A program made the position numbers and the translations under genes. Below, piece after piece: positions 1-9,512 of a stretch of DNA of 64,000 nucleotides (the first letter of the stretch is position 1; each line of letters opens with the position of its first letter). Source of the DNA: Polyangiaceae bacterium (GTDB lineage: Bacteria > Myxococcota_A > Polyangia > Polyangiales > Polyangiaceae); assembly GCA_035063585.1 (NCBI GenBank), contig JAPSGB010000008.1:245294-309293 (forward strand), written 5' to 3'. The notes below the pieces were generated by a model. It did no database searches. It saw only the letters and a list, made by a program, of their open reading frames with translations, and was not told where the DNA came from.

Positions 1-1214
1 AAGCCTTGACCCTCGGCGCCGCCGAGCAGCGCGCCCGCCGGCACCGGGAAATCGTCGAAGCCTATCTCGAATTCCTTCATGCCTCGGTAGCCGAGCACCT
101 TGATCTCGGTGCCGGTGATCCCGGGATCCGGGAACCCATCGCGCTCGGGCGCCTCTTCGCTACCGCGCGTCTTCGGTGCGAGAAACATGCTGAGCCCGGC
201 GTAGCCCGCGTCGTCGGGGTTGGTGCGGGCGAGCAGGGTCATGAGATCGGCGCGGGTCGCGTGGGTGATCCACGTCTTGGCGCCGCTCACGCGCCACGAG
301 CCATCGGGCTGCCGGTCGGCGCGGGTCTTGATGTGCGCGAGATCGGAGCCGAAATTCGGCTCGGTAAAGACCGCGGTGGAGAGCACCTCGCCGCTCGCGA
401 GCCTCGGCAACCACTCGCGCTTCTGCTCCTCGGTGCCGCCGCCCAGGATGAGCTCGGCGGCGATCTCGGAGCGGGTGCCGAGCGAGCCGACCCCGATGTA
501 GCCGCGGCTCAGCTCTTCGGTCACCACGCACATGGCGACCTTGCCGAGACCCTGGCCGCCGTACGCTTCCGGGATGGTGAGGCCGAACACCCCGAGCTCG
601 CTCATCTTCTCGATGAGCTCCATCGGGATCAGGCGATCGTTACGGTGGATCTGCTGCGCGATGCCGTCGACCTCGCGCTCGGCGAATTTCCGGAACTCGC
701 TCCGGATCGCCTGGAGCGTGTCGTCGTCGTAGCCGGGCGCGCCGAAGCTCTCGGCGTCGCGCGCGAGGCGTGCGAGCTCGCAGACCGCCTCGCCCGAGCC
801 GAACCGCGCGGCGAGCTCCTGGACCTCGGGCCTCCCGAGCGTCGCGGCGACGTCGGCCGGCTCGAGCCCGAGCTCGGAGAGCCCGATCGACTCGCAGGCG
901 CCGAGGTTCACCCCGCCCGCGAGCTCGCGGACGAGCTCGCCCACGTACGCGCCCGCGATGGCTCGCTCCACGCCGCCGGCCGCGCCGGCCTCGACCAGAC
1001 GAGCGAGCCAGGCCACGAGCTGTCGCGCTGCCTCGAGCTCGGTGGCGAGGTAGGCGAGCGCGTGAGCCGCGAGCTGGTGGCGGTCGAGGAGCTTGCTCTT
1101 GACCTTGCCGTTCTCGGTCACCCGCGCGCGGGTGTGGTCGTGGGCGCGGCGATAGAGTGCTTCGAGCGCAGCGATGGCCGGCTCGAGGGCTTCCGGGGAG
1201 AGATCGGTCGTCAC
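1..1214 (-). CDS. mcd: Acyl-CoA dehydrogenase, most likely (2S)-methylsuccinyl-CoA dehydrogenase; 3' end lies beyond the window start
   Basis: Missing from the ORF track because it has no stop in the window. Hand translation from GTG at 1214 (GGAGG at 1221-1225) gives MTTDLSPEALEP...LLDRHQLAAHALAYLATELEAARQL, the Mcd-type N-terminal extension, then FTEPNFGSDL, GAKTWITHATRADLMTLLART and VLGYRGMKEFEI. Neighbours are EMC genes. Confidence 0.85.
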   Translation of the reverse strand, partial: MTTDLSPEALEPAIAALEALYRRAHDHTRARVTENGKVKSKLLDRHQLAAHALAYLATELEAARQLVAWLARLVEAGAAGGVERAIAGAYVGELVRELAGGVNLGACESIGLSELGLEPADVAATLGRPEVQELAARFGSGEAVCELARLARDAESFGAPGYDDDTLQAIRSEFRKFAEREVDGIAQQIHRNDRLIPMELIEKMSELGVFGLTIPEAYGGQGLGKVAMCVVTEELSRGYIGVGSLGTRSEIAAELILGGGTEEQKREWLPRLASGEVLSTAVFTEPNFGSDLAHIKTRADRQPDGSWRVSGAKTWITHATRADLMTLLARTNPDDAGYAGLSMFLAPKTRGSEEAPERDGFPDPGITGTEIKVLGYRGMKEFEIGFDDFPVPAGALLGGAEGQG

Positions 1215-1273
1215 GGGCTGCCTCCCGTTCGAGGGCAAAGCGCGAGGTTTCCTAGGCTTTTCTGCGCGCCGCG

Positions 1274-2146
1274 TCAACCGGCGGCGGCGAGCGCGTCGGC
1301 GAGCGCGACCAGCCGCTCGGCTTCCGCCGCGTGGAGGCTCTCGACCAGCTTGCCGTCGAGGACGGCGACGCCGGCGCCGCCCTCGCGCGCGGCCTGGAAC
1401 GCCGCCATCACGCGGCGGGCGTGCTCGATCGCGGCCGGGGCCGGCGAGAAGACCTCGTTGCACGCCGCGACCTGCTTCGGGTGGATGAGCGTCTTGCCGT
1501 CGAAGCCGAGCTCGAGCCCCTGCTGGCAGGCGGCGCGGAAGCCGGCCTCGTCGTCGAGGTCGAGGTGCACCCCGTCGAGGATCGACAGGTGATGGGCGCG
1601 CGCGGCGAGCAGGCAGAGCCCGAGCGAGGTCAGCATGGGCAGCCGCTCGCGAGTGTGGAGCGCGTGGAGATCCTTGGAGAGATCGCTGGTGCCCATGACG
1701 AGGCACGCGACCCGCGGGCTCGCGCTCGCGATCGACTCGACGCGCAGGACGCCGAGCGGGGTCTCCATCATGCACCAGAGCACGGTGTCATGGGCGCCCG
1801 CCTCGTCGAGCGCGCGCGCGGCCAGGGCGACCGTCTCGGGGCGCTCCACCTTGGGCAGGAGCACCGCGTGCGGGCGCGCCGCGCTCGCCGCCGCGAGATC
1901 CGCCGCGCCCCACGGGGTGTCCGCGCCGTTCACGCGGATGATGACCTCCCGCGAGCCGTAGCCGCCCTCGCGGGCGTTCTTGCACACGAGCTCGCGCGCC
2001 GCCTCCTTGGCGTCCGGCGCGGTCGCGTCCTCGAGGTCGAGGATGAGCCCGTCGACGGGGAGCATCTTGGCCTTCTCCTGGGCTCGCGCGTTCGAGCCCG
2101 GCATGTAGAGGACGCTGCGCCTGGGGCGGATCGGGTGCCGGGTCAT
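1274..2146 (-). CDS. mcl2: CitE/HpcH-family CoA-ester enzyme, likely (3S)-malyl-CoA thioesterase
   Basis: RPRRSVLYMPGSN, ILDLEDA, IIRVNG, METP, GTSDL and GFDGKTLIHP motifs; N-terminus resembles Rhodobacter Mcl2; lies directly upstream of mcd. Start moved to ATG 2146. Confidence 0.75.
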   Translation of the reverse strand: MTRHPIRPRRSVLYMPGSNARAQEKAKMLPVDGLILDLEDATAPDAKEAARELVCKNAREGGYGSREVIIRVNGADTPWGAADLAAASAARPHAVLLPKVERPETVALAARALDEAGAHDTVLWCMMETPLGVLRVESIASASPRVACLVMGTSDLSKDLHALHTRERLPMLTSLGLCLLAARAHHLSILDGVHLDLDDEAGFRAACQQGLELGFDGKTLIHPKQVAACNEVFSPAPAAIEHARRVMAAFQAAREGGAGVAVLDGKLVESLHAAEAERLVALADALAAAG

Positions 2147-2162
2147 GTGGTAGCTATACCGC

Positions 2163-3212
2163 ATGAAGAGCTACCGTGACTTCTATCATCCGCTCGCCGT
2201 CGGCGCGCCCGCGCCGCTCCGGGAGATCCCCGCGCGCCCGAGCCGAATGATCCACTTTTTCGACCCGTCGAACCCGCGCATGGCCGCCAAGGTCCCGAGC
2301 CTCGCGGCGCAGGTCGACATCCTGCTCGGGAACCTCGAGGACGCCATCCCGAGCGACAAGAAGCTCGAGGCACGCGAAGGGATGACGAAGATCGGCGCGG
2401 AGACCGACTTCGGCGAGACGCAGCTCTGGGTGCGAGTGAACGCGCTCCACAGCCCCTGGTTCCTCGACGACATGACGGCGCTGGTCGGCGCCATCGGACA
2501 CAAGCTCGACGTCATCATGCTCCCGAAGGTCGAGGGCCCGTGGGACATCCACTACGTCGACCAACTCCTCGCCCAGCTCGAGGCCAAGCACCAACTGCGG
2601 CGCCCCATCCTCGTCCACGCGCTCCTCGAGACCGCGAGCGGCGTGAACCACGTCGAAGAGATCGCGCGCTCGAGCCCGCGCATGCAAGGCATGAGCCTCG
2701 GGCCCGCCGATCTCGCGGCCTCGCGCCGCATGAAGACGACCCGCGTCGGCGGCGGGCATCCGGGCTACCTCGTGCGCGCCGATCCCGATCCGCAGCACCC
2801 TGACGCGCCCCGTGCCGGCATGCAGCAAGATCTCTGGCACTATACCCTCGCGCGCATGGTCGACGCCTGCGCCGAGCACGGCATCCTGCCGTTCTACGGG
2901 CCGTTCGGCGACATCGCCGACACGCTCGCCTGCGAGGACCAGTTCCGCAACGCGTTCCTGATGGGCTGCGTCGGCGCGTGGTCGCTCCACCCGAACCAGG
3001 TCGCGATCGCCAAGCGCGTCTTCAGCCCGCCGCCCGACGAGGTCGCCTGGGCGCGCCGCGTGGTCGACGCCATGGGCGACGGCACCGGCGCCGTCATGCT
3101 CGACGGCAAGATGCAGGACGACGCGACGTACAAGCAGTGTAAGGTGATGCTCGAGCTCGCGCGCCTCATCGCCAGCCGCGATCCCGAGATGAGAGCGGCC
3201 TACGGGCTCTGA
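2163..3212 (+). CDS. mcl: L-malyl-CoA/beta-methylmalyl-CoA lyase, Chloroflexus-type
   Basis: N-terminus [27 protein letters not shown] and [29 protein letters not shown] and MQDDAT motifs match the Chloroflexus aurantiacus-type lyase lineage. Confidence 0.85.
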   Translation: MKSYRDFYHPLAVGAPAPLREIPARPSRMIHFFDPSNPRMAAKVPSLAAQVDILLGNLEDAIPSDKKLEAREGMTKIGAETDFGETQLWVRVNALHSPWFLDDMTALVGAIGHKLDVIMLPKVEGPWDIHYVDQLLAQLEAKHQLRRPILVHALLETASGVNHVEEIARSSPRMQGMSLGPADLAASRRMKTTRVGGGHPGYLVRADPDPQHPDAPRAGMQQDLWHYTLARMVDACAEHGILPFYGPFGDIADTLACEDQFRNAFLMGCVGAWSLHPNQVAIAKRVFSPPPDEVAWARRVVDAMGDGTGAVMLDGKMQDDATYKQCKVMLELARLIASRDPEMRAAYGL

Positions 3213-3224
3213 GGGGGAGGGAGG

Positions 3225-5081
3225 GTGACGCTCCGGCGGCTCGCGACCGCGCTCAGGAAGAGCGCTCGCGCGACGCCGCTCGAGCTCGGGCTGCTCGGAC
3301 GCACGCTGCTCCACGCCGCGCTGGTGGGCGCGGCCTCGGGGCTCATCGGCTCCTTCTTCTTCTGGGCGCTCGGGTTCACCGAGCGGATGGCGCTCGAGCA
3401 CCTCGCCGGCTATCGACCGCTCCGCGCGGCCGGCGAGGGGATGCTCATCGACGACGGCAACACGCCGTTCCGGCCCTGGCTGCTCTGGGCGCTGCCGGCC
3501 GTCGGGGCGCTGCTCGGTGGCATCTTGTCGTTCCGCTGGGCGCCCGAGACACAAGGGGGCGGCGCGGACGCCATCATCGCCTCGTTCCATCAGGAAAATG
3601 CGACCGTGCGGCGGCGGGTCTTCGGCATCAAGACCATAGCCTCGGTGCTCACGCTCGGCTTCGGCGGGTCCGGAGGGCGTGAGGGGCCGACCATGCAGAT
3701 CGGCGGCGCCATCGGCTCGATGGTGGCGCGGGTGCTCAAGGTGTCGGCGCGCGAGCGGCGGATCTTGCTGGTGGCAGGGCTCGCCGGGAGCATGTCCGCG
3801 GTGTTCCGCGCCCCGCTCGGGGCGGCGCTCCTCGCGGTCGAGGTGATGTACACGAACGACTTCGAGTCGGACGCCCTGGTCCCGAGCGTGCTCGCGAGCG
3901 TGGTCGCGTACTCGGTATTCATCTCGTTCTTCGGTGAATCGACGCTGTTTTCGCATGCCGCGCACTACCCGTTCATCCCGGCGCAGCTGCCGCTCTACGG
4001 GCTCCTCGCGCTCTTCGTGAGCCTCGCCGGGATCTTCTTTCTATGGACGCTGCGCGGCGTAAGACGGCTGACCCTGCGCGTCCCGCTCCCGGGCTGGGCG
4101 CGCCCGGCGCTCGGCGGCCTCGCGCTCGGCGGGCTGGTGGTCCCGCTCCTACTCGTCTTCGGGCCTCGCGTGGGCGGCCCCGGGCAGGGGCTCGGCATCC
4201 TCGGTGGCGGTTACGGCGCCGCGCAGCTCGCCATCTCGGGAGCGTCGTGGCTCGCCGACGGGTGGCACGGCGCGGGGCTCTTGCTCCTGCTCGGCGTGCT
4301 CAAGATCGTCGGGACCTCGCTCACCATCGGCTCGGGCGGCTCCGCTGGCGATTTCGGGCCATCGCTGGTCATCGGCGGACTGCTCGGCGGCGCGTTCGGG
4401 CGCGCCGCCGAGCTCCTCCTCCACGACCCTCGGATCGACCCTGGCGCGTTCGCCATGGTGGGCATGGGGATCTTCTACGGCGGGCTCGCGCACGTGCCGA
4501 TCGCGTCGATGGTGATGGTGTGCGAGCTCGCTGGCAGCTACGAGCTCCTGGTGCCGCTCATGCTCGCGGAGGGCGTGGTGTTCGTGCTCCTCCGGCATCG
4601 CCGGCTCTACGAGTCGCAGGTCGACACCAAGCGTGACTCTCCCGCGCACCGCGGGGATCTCGTGTTCGACGTGCTGAAGGAGGTCCGCATCAAGGACGTG
4701 ATGATCGCGGGGCGGCCGTTCCGGAGCTTCTATCGACGCACTCCCGCCTCCGAGGTCATCCGGGAGATCGGCGCGAGCGAGTGGCAGGACGCCTTCCCGG
4801 TGCACGACGCCGACGGGCGGCTGGTCGGCGTGGTGAGCGCCGACGTGCTCCGCGCCCTGAGCGCGGATCCGGAGCTCGCCGCCCTCACCCTCGCCGATGA
4901 CCTCATGACCGCGCCGGTCGCGGCGCGCCTCGACGACGACCTCCACACGGCGCTCGAAGTGCTCCTCGAGCACGGCGTGCGCGAGGTGCTGGTGACCGAC
5001 GCGACCGGGAAGATCGTGGGGTTTCTCGACGAGTCGGAGATCACCAACGCCTACCTGGGCGCGACCACGCGGCCCGAATGA
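3225..5081 (+). CDS. ClC-family anion channel/antiporter with C-terminal CBS pair
   Basis: [23 protein letters not shown] and LYESQ motifs, many hydrophobic helices and a CBS-like tail; GGAGG before the GTG. Confidence 0.9.
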   Translation: MTLRRLATALRKSARATPLELGLLGRTLLHAALVGAASGLIGSFFFWALGFTERMALEHLAGYRPLRAAGEGMLIDDGNTPFRPWLLWALPAVGALLGGILSFRWAPETQGGGADAIIASFHQENATVRRRVFGIKTIASVLTLGFGGSGGREGPTMQIGGAIGSMVARVLKVSARERRILLVAGLAGSMSAVFRAPLGAALLAVEVMYTNDFESDALVPSVLASVVAYSVFISFFGESTLFSHAAHYPFIPAQLPLYGLLALFVSLAGIFFLWTLRGVRRLTLRVPLPGWARPALGGLALGGLVVPLLLVFGPRVGGPGQGLGILGGGYGAAQLAISGASWLADGWHGAGLLLLLGVLKIVGTSLTIGSGGSAGDFGPSLVIGGLLGGAFGRAAELLLHDPRIDPGAFAMVGMGIFYGGLAHVPIASMVMVCELAGSYELLVPLMLAEGVVFVLLRHRRLYESQVDTKRDSPAHRGDLVFDVLKEVRIKDVMIAGRPFRSFYRRTPASEVIREIGASEWQDAFPVHDADGRLVGVVSADVLRALSADPELAALTLADDLMTAPVAARLDDDLHTALEVLLEHGVREVLVTDATGKIVGFLDESEITNAYLGATTRPE

Positions 5082-5160
5082 GCCGGCGCGCGCCGCGCGG
5101 GCCGGCGCTTTCGCGGCGCGGTTGATTTTGCCGCGACGTGTCATAGGATGCGCGGCCGCG

Positions 5161-6408
5161 ATGACGAAGTCACTCTTCGAGCTGGGTGAGGTTCCGGAGC
5201 TGGGTGAGGTTCCGGAGCAGATGTTGGCCCAGGTCATCCGGCGCGAGCGCTTCGGGGAGCCGGCGACCGCGTTCCAGCGCGAGGTCCTGGCGGTGCCCGA
5301 GCTCGGGCCGCGCGACGTGCTCATCTACGTGATGGCGGCCGGAGTGAACTACAACAACGTGTGGGCCGGGCTCGGCGTCCCACTCGACGTCATCAAGTCG
5401 CGGCAAAAGGCGGGCGAGCCGGAGGATTTCCACGTGGGCGGCTCCGACGCGAGCGGCATCGTGTGGAAGGTGGGCGAGGCCGTCACCGGCGTGAAGGTCG
5501 GCGACGAGGTGGTCGTGCACTGCGGCTGGTGGGCGCCCGACGATCCGGACGTCCTCGCCGGCAAGGACCCGATGCTGGCCGGCAGCCAGAAGATCTGGGG
5601 CTACGAGACCAACTACGGCAGCTTCGCGCAGTTTGCTCGCGTGCAGGATCACCAGTGCCTGCCAAAGCCGAAGCGCCTCTCATGGGAGGAGGCGGCGGCG
5701 TACATGCTGGTCGGCGCGACCGCGTACCGCATGCTCCACGGCTGGACGGGCAACGAGGTCAAGCCGGGCGACGCGGTGCTCATCTGGGGCGGCGCCGGCG
5801 GGCTCGGCTCGATGGCGATCCAAATCGTGAAGGCCGCCGGCGCGAAGGCGGTCGCCGTCGTGAGCAGCGAGGACAAGTTCGACTACTGCCGTGAGCTCGG
5901 CGCGGCCGGCGTCATCAATCGGAAGGATTTTCACCACTTTGGCATGCTGCCGCACTGGAAGGACGACGCCGCCTACGGCGAGTGGTTGAAAGGTGCGCGC
6001 GCGTTCGGTCGCGCCTTCTGGGACGCGCTCGGCGAGCGGCGAAATCCGCAGATCGTCTTCGAGCACCCGGGCGAGTCCACCGTGCCGACCAGCGTGTTCG
6101 TGTGCGACACGGGCGGCATGGTGGTCATCTGCGCCGGCACCACCGGCTATAACGCCACGCTCGATCTTCGTTACCACTGGATGCGTCAGAAGCGCTTCCA
6201 GGGCTCGCACTTCGCGAATGACGAGCAGGCGAGGGGGCTGAACGAGCTGGTGAGCGCCGGCAAGGTCGATCCGTGCCTCTCGCGCGTGTTCGACTTCGAG
6301 GAGACGGGCGTGTGCCACCAGCTCATGCGCGACAACCTGCACCCGAGCGGCAACATGGCCATCCTCGTGAACGCGCGGACCCGCGGCGAGACGACGCTCC
6401 GCCGCTGA
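5161..6408 (+). CDS. ccr: Crotonyl-CoA carboxylase/reductase
   Basis: [35 protein letters not shown] and QGSHFAN. The Asn, Glu and His of the CO2-binding pocket of carboxylating enoyl-CoA reductases are present. Start at ATG 5161. Confidence 0.95.
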   Translation: MTKSLFELGEVPELGEVPEQMLAQVIRRERFGEPATAFQREVLAVPELGPRDVLIYVMAAGVNYNNVWAGLGVPLDVIKSRQKAGEPEDFHVGGSDASGIVWKVGEAVTGVKVGDEVVVHCGWWAPDDPDVLAGKDPMLAGSQKIWGYETNYGSFAQFARVQDHQCLPKPKRLSWEEAAAYMLVGATAYRMLHGWTGNEVKPGDAVLIWGGAGGLGSMAIQIVKAAGAKAVAVVSSEDKFDYCRELGAAGVINRKDFHHFGMLPHWKDDAAYGEWLKGARAFGRAFWDALGERRNPQIVFEHPGESTVPTSVFVCDTGGMVVICAGTTGYNATLDLRYHWMRQKRFQGSHFANDEQARGLNELVSAGKVDPCLSRVFDFEETGVCHQLMRDNLHPSGNMAILVNARTRGETTLRR

Positions 6409-6417
6409 GCGCGCGCG

Positions 6418-6555
6418 TCACCGAATCGCGGCGGCCGGCGCCGCGCTCGCGCCGGTCGGCGCCACGATGAAGCCGACACCGAGCATCAAGAGCAGGCCGA
6501 CGGCGAAGCCGATGAGGCCGTTGCGGAGCAGGGGGCGAAGCTCGGACGTGGTCAT
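6418..6555 (-). CDS. Unannotated 45-aa single-helix membrane or secreted small protein (MTTSELRPLLRNGLIGFAVGLLLMLGVGFIVAPTGASAAPAAAIR)
   Basis: ATG 6555 to TGA 6418, GC-ending codons, one hydrophobic stretch, and a sigma54 motif immediately upstream. Confidence 0.6.
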   Translation of the reverse strand: MTTSELRPLLRNGLIGFAVGLLLMLGVGFIVAPTGASAAPAAAIR

Positions 6556-6568
6556 GGTCGAGAGTGAA

Positions 6569-6585
6569 AGCAACGCACGTGCCAA
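6569..6585 (-). promoter_or_regulatory. Sigma54 (-24/-12) promoter
   Basis: Minus strand reads TTGGCACGTGCGTTGCT, matching the TGGCACG-N4-TTGCW consensus. Confidence 0.75.
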
Positions 6586-6717
6586 GCGAAATTCAGGGAT
6601 TTTCAGCCGTGCTCGGCTCGCACCGTGAACTCTGTGCCAGCGCGTGTGCCAAACGAGCGGCGCCGAGTGCCGTTTCGGCGCGGCCGGCGTCCCGTCTCGA
6701 GCCGGCGGCGAACCGGC

Positions 6718-6735
6718 GCCGGCCGCGCCGGACCG
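6718..6735 (+). repeat. Dispersed repeat copy GCCGGCCGCGCCGGACCG
   Basis: The identical 18-mer also occurs at 22613, 51741 and 62581; this copy has an inverted partner at 6676-6689. Confidence 0.75.
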
Positions 6736-6774
6736 ACCCCTGGCCCCTTTGGCGAGCGCCGCCGCCGGACGCCC

Positions 6775-9060
6775 TCACGAGGCGGGCGCGGTTGCCTTCG
6801 CGGTGACGTCGAAGACGAGCTTGCCGTCGCGGAAATCGACCACGAGCGCGCCGCCGTGCTCGAGCTCGCCGAAGAGCAGCGCGTCGCCGAGCGGGCGCTT
6901 GAGCTCATCCTGGATGAGGCGGGCGAGGGGACGCGCGCCGTTGTCTTTGTCGTAACCGTCCGTGGCGAGGTGCTCGCGCGCGGCTCGGGTGAGTGAGACG
7001 GTGACCTCGCGCTCGGCGAGCTGCTCGGCGAGCTCCTTCACGAATTTGTCGACGACCAGACCCATCACCTCGGGCGACAGCGGATCGAACGCGATGCGCG
7101 CGTCGAGTCGGTTTCGGAACTCCGGGCTGAAGGTGCGCTTGAAGGCGGCGTCGTCGCGCCCGCTCGAGTCGCGCTCGCCGAAGCCGAGCGGGCGCCGGGC
7201 GAGATCGGCGGCGCCGACGTTGCTCGTCATGATGAGGACGACGTGGCGGAAATCAGCCTTCTTGCCGTTGTTGTCGGTGAGCGTGCCGTGATCCATCACC
7301 TGGAGGAGCACGTTGAAGACGTCGGGGTGCGCCTTCTCGATCTCATCGAGCAGGAGCACCATGTGCGGCGTCTTGGCGATCGCCTCGGTGAGCAGCCCCC
7401 CGCGGTCGTAGCCGACGTAGCCCGGCGGCGCGCCGATCAGCCGCGAGACGGTGTGCCGCTCCATGTACTCGCTCATGTCGAAGCGGCAGAGCTCGATGCC
7501 CATGGTCTTCGCGAGCTGGCGGGCGACCTCCGTCTTGCCGACGCCGGTCGGCCCGGTGAAGAGATACGAGCCGATGGGCTTGTCGGGCGGGCGGAGCCCG
7601 GCGCGGCTCAGCTTGATGGCGGTCGCGAGCTCGCCGATGGCGCGATCCTGACCGAAGACCACCTGCGCGAGATCGGTCTCCAGGTTCCGTAGGGCCGTCT
7701 TGTCGTCGGTGCTCACCTGCCGCGGCGGGATCTGCGCCATGCGCGCCACCACCGCCTCGACCCGAGCGACCTCGACCACCGCGCGCTCGCCGTCCTCGAG
7801 CTTGGCGTCCGCCCCGGACTCGTCGAGCAAATCGATGGCCTTGTCGGGCTGCTTGCGATCGAAGAGGTGCTTGTCGGCGAGCGTCGCGCAGGCGCGGACG
7901 GCCTCGTCGCGGTAGGTGACGCCGTGGAACTCCTCGTAGCGCGGGCGGAGCCCTTCGAGGATTTGCACGGTCTCCTCGAGCGAGGGCTCGAGCACCTCGA
8001 TCTTCTGGAAGCGGCGCGCGAGCGCGCGATCACGCTCGAGGTGCGAGCGATACTCCTCGAAGGTGGTCGCGCCGATGCAGCGGAGCTTCCCGCCCGCGAG
8101 CGCCGGCTTCAGGAGGTTCGCGGCGTCGAGGGCGCCGCCGCTCGCCGCCCCCGCCCCGATGATGGTGTGGAGCTCGTCGACGAACAAGATGGAACCCGGG
8201 CGCCCCTCGAGCTCCTTCAGCACGGCCTTGATGCGGTTCTCGAAGTCACCGCGGAACTTGGTGCCGGCGAGGAGCGCGCCCATGTCGAGCGCGTACACCA
8301 CCGCCGACTCGAGCGGCTTGGGCACCTCGTGCGCCGCGATCCTCGCGGCTAGCCCCTCGACGATGGCCGTCTTGCCGACGCCCGCGTCACCCACGAACAC
8401 GGGGTTGTTCTTGCGGCGGCGGCTGAGCACCTGGATCGCGCGGCGGAGCTCCTTCTCGCGGCCGACCAGCGGCTCGAGCTCGCCGGCGAGCGCGCGCTCG
8501 TTCAGGTTCGTGGTGAAGCGCGCGAGCGCGTCCTTGCCGGGGAGCTCGCGCGAGCCGCCCGGGGACTCCTCGTCGTCCAGGTCGTCGACGCCGCCCGCCT
8601 CGCGCAAGAGATCGTCCGGGCCGCCGTCCTTCACGGTGCCGTGCGAGACGTAGCTCACGACGTCGTAGCGCGTCACGCCGACCTCGCCGAGCGCCTGGAC
8701 CGCGTCCGAGTCCGCCTCGGAGAAGATCGCGATGAGCACGTTCTCGCCCTTGAGCTCCTGCTTGCCGCTCGACTCGACGTGGAGCGCGGCGCGCTGGAGC
8801 ACGCGCTGAAACCCGCGCGAGGGGGCCGGATCGACGGGCTGCCCGTCGGGAGCGCGGGGCAGGTCGTCGTCCAGGAAGCGCGCGAGGCGCGCCTTGAGCT
8901 TGCCGACGTCTCCCCCGCACTTCGCGACCACGCGCGCCGTGCCCTCGTCGAAGAGCAGCGCGTAGAGCAGGTGTTCGACCGTCATGAGGTCGTGCCCGCG
9001 GCGCTCCGCCTCGCGGGCAGCGAGGGAAATGGCGATCTCGACTTCGGCGCTGATCTTCAC
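6775..9060 (-). CDS. clpA: ATP-dependent Clp protease ATP-binding subunit ClpA
   Basis: Two AAA+ modules (GDAGVGKT, GPTGVGKT), RFDMSEY, the LGF ClpP-binding loop and no ClpB middle coiled coil; follows clpS. Start taken as GTG 9060. Confidence 0.95.
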   Translation of the reverse strand: MKISAEVEIAISLAAREAERRGHDLMTVEHLLYALLFDEGTARVVAKCGGDVGKLKARLARFLDDDLPRAPDGQPVDPAPSRGFQRVLQRAALHVESSGKQELKGENVLIAIFSEADSDAVQALGEVGVTRYDVVSYVSHGTVKDGGPDDLLREAGGVDDLDDEESPGGSRELPGKDALARFTTNLNERALAGELEPLVGREKELRRAIQVLSRRRKNNPVFVGDAGVGKTAIVEGLAARIAAHEVPKPLESAVVYALDMGALLAGTKFRGDFENRIKAVLKELEGRPGSILFVDELHTIIGAGAASGGALDAANLLKPALAGGKLRCIGATTFEEYRSHLERDRALARRFQKIEVLEPSLEETVQILEGLRPRYEEFHGVTYRDEAVRACATLADKHLFDRKQPDKAIDLLDESGADAKLEDGERAVVEVARVEAVVARMAQIPPRQVSTDDKTALRNLETDLAQVVFGQDRAIGELATAIKLSRAGLRPPDKPIGSYLFTGPTGVGKTEVARQLAKTMGIELCRFDMSEYMERHTVSRLIGAPPGYVGYDRGGLLTEAIAKTPHMVLLLDEIEKAHPDVFNVLLQVMDHGTLTDNNGKKADFRHVVLIMTSNVGAADLARRPLGFGERDSSGRDDAAFKRTFSPEFRNRLDARIAFDPLSPEVMGLVVDKFVKELAEQLAEREVTVSLTRAAREHLATDGYDKDNGARPLARLIQDELKRPLGDALLFGELEHGGALVVDFRDGKLVFDVTAKATAPAS

Positions 9061-9111
9061 GGCAGTGGCACAGATCTTGTGTCTCCGGGGGGGCCTCGGC
9101 AAGCCCGCGGC

Positions 9112-9459
9112 TCACCCGTCGCTCTCGCCCGACTCCTCGGGCTCGGCGGTGCAGCGGAGCGGGTGACCGTGCTCCTTGGCGAAATCCATCACCTGAGCGA
9201 CCTTGGTCTCGGCCACGTCGCGGCTATAGACGCCGACGATGCCGTAGCCCTTGTGGTGGACGCTCAGCATGATCTGGGTGGCTTCCGTCTCGCTCTTGAA
9301 GAAGAACTTCATGATGACGACGATCACGAACTCCATGGTCGTGTAGTCGTCGTTGTGGAGCACGACCTGATAGCGCCGAGGCTTCTTCGCCCGGCGCTCC
9401 TCGGCGACGCCGAGCTCGCCCGCTTCCTCGTGCTCCGGATCTGGCCGCTCGGTCGCCAT
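9112..9459 (-). CDS. clpS: Clp protease adaptor ClpS
   Basis: [16 protein letters not shown] and AETKV motifs. Confidence 0.97.
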   Translation of the reverse strand: MATERPDPEHEEAGELGVAEERRAKKPRRYQVVLHNDDYTTMEFVIVVIMKFFFKSETEATQIMLSVHHKGYGIVGVYSRDVAETKVAQVMDFAKEHGHPLRCTAEPEESGESDG

Positions 9460-9512
9460 CGCCGAGCGAGCTTACCAAGTTATGTCCGCGCGTGGGCGGC
9501 GTCGAGGGGTGC

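Noticed and set aside
6..1592. 528-aa plus-strand ORF and other long shadow ORFs (for example 12086-15655 minus, 43946-46621 plus, 34802-36835 minus)
   Set aside because: They are antisense or off-frame to well-supported genes, are Arg/Ala/Gly-rich with no motifs, and are expected in very high-GC DNA where stops are scarce.
2163..3212. Autotrophic 3-hydroxypropionate bi-cycle suggested by the Chloroflexus-type lyase
   Set aside because: No malonyl-CoA reductase or propionyl-CoA synthase is in the window, and the neighbours ccr, ecm and mcd define the EMC pathway.
5179..5214. Perfect 18-bp duplication (ELGEVP twice) at the start of ccr
   Set aside because: It aligns to the normal Ccr N-terminal pattern (E.GE.P.LG.VP) without adding length, so it has no evident functional consequence.
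9069..9081. CACAGATCTTGTG palindrome just upstream of clpA as a possible NrdR box
   Set aside because: It is a single copy, the spacing does not fit the NrdR core, and the context is unrelated; too short to assign.
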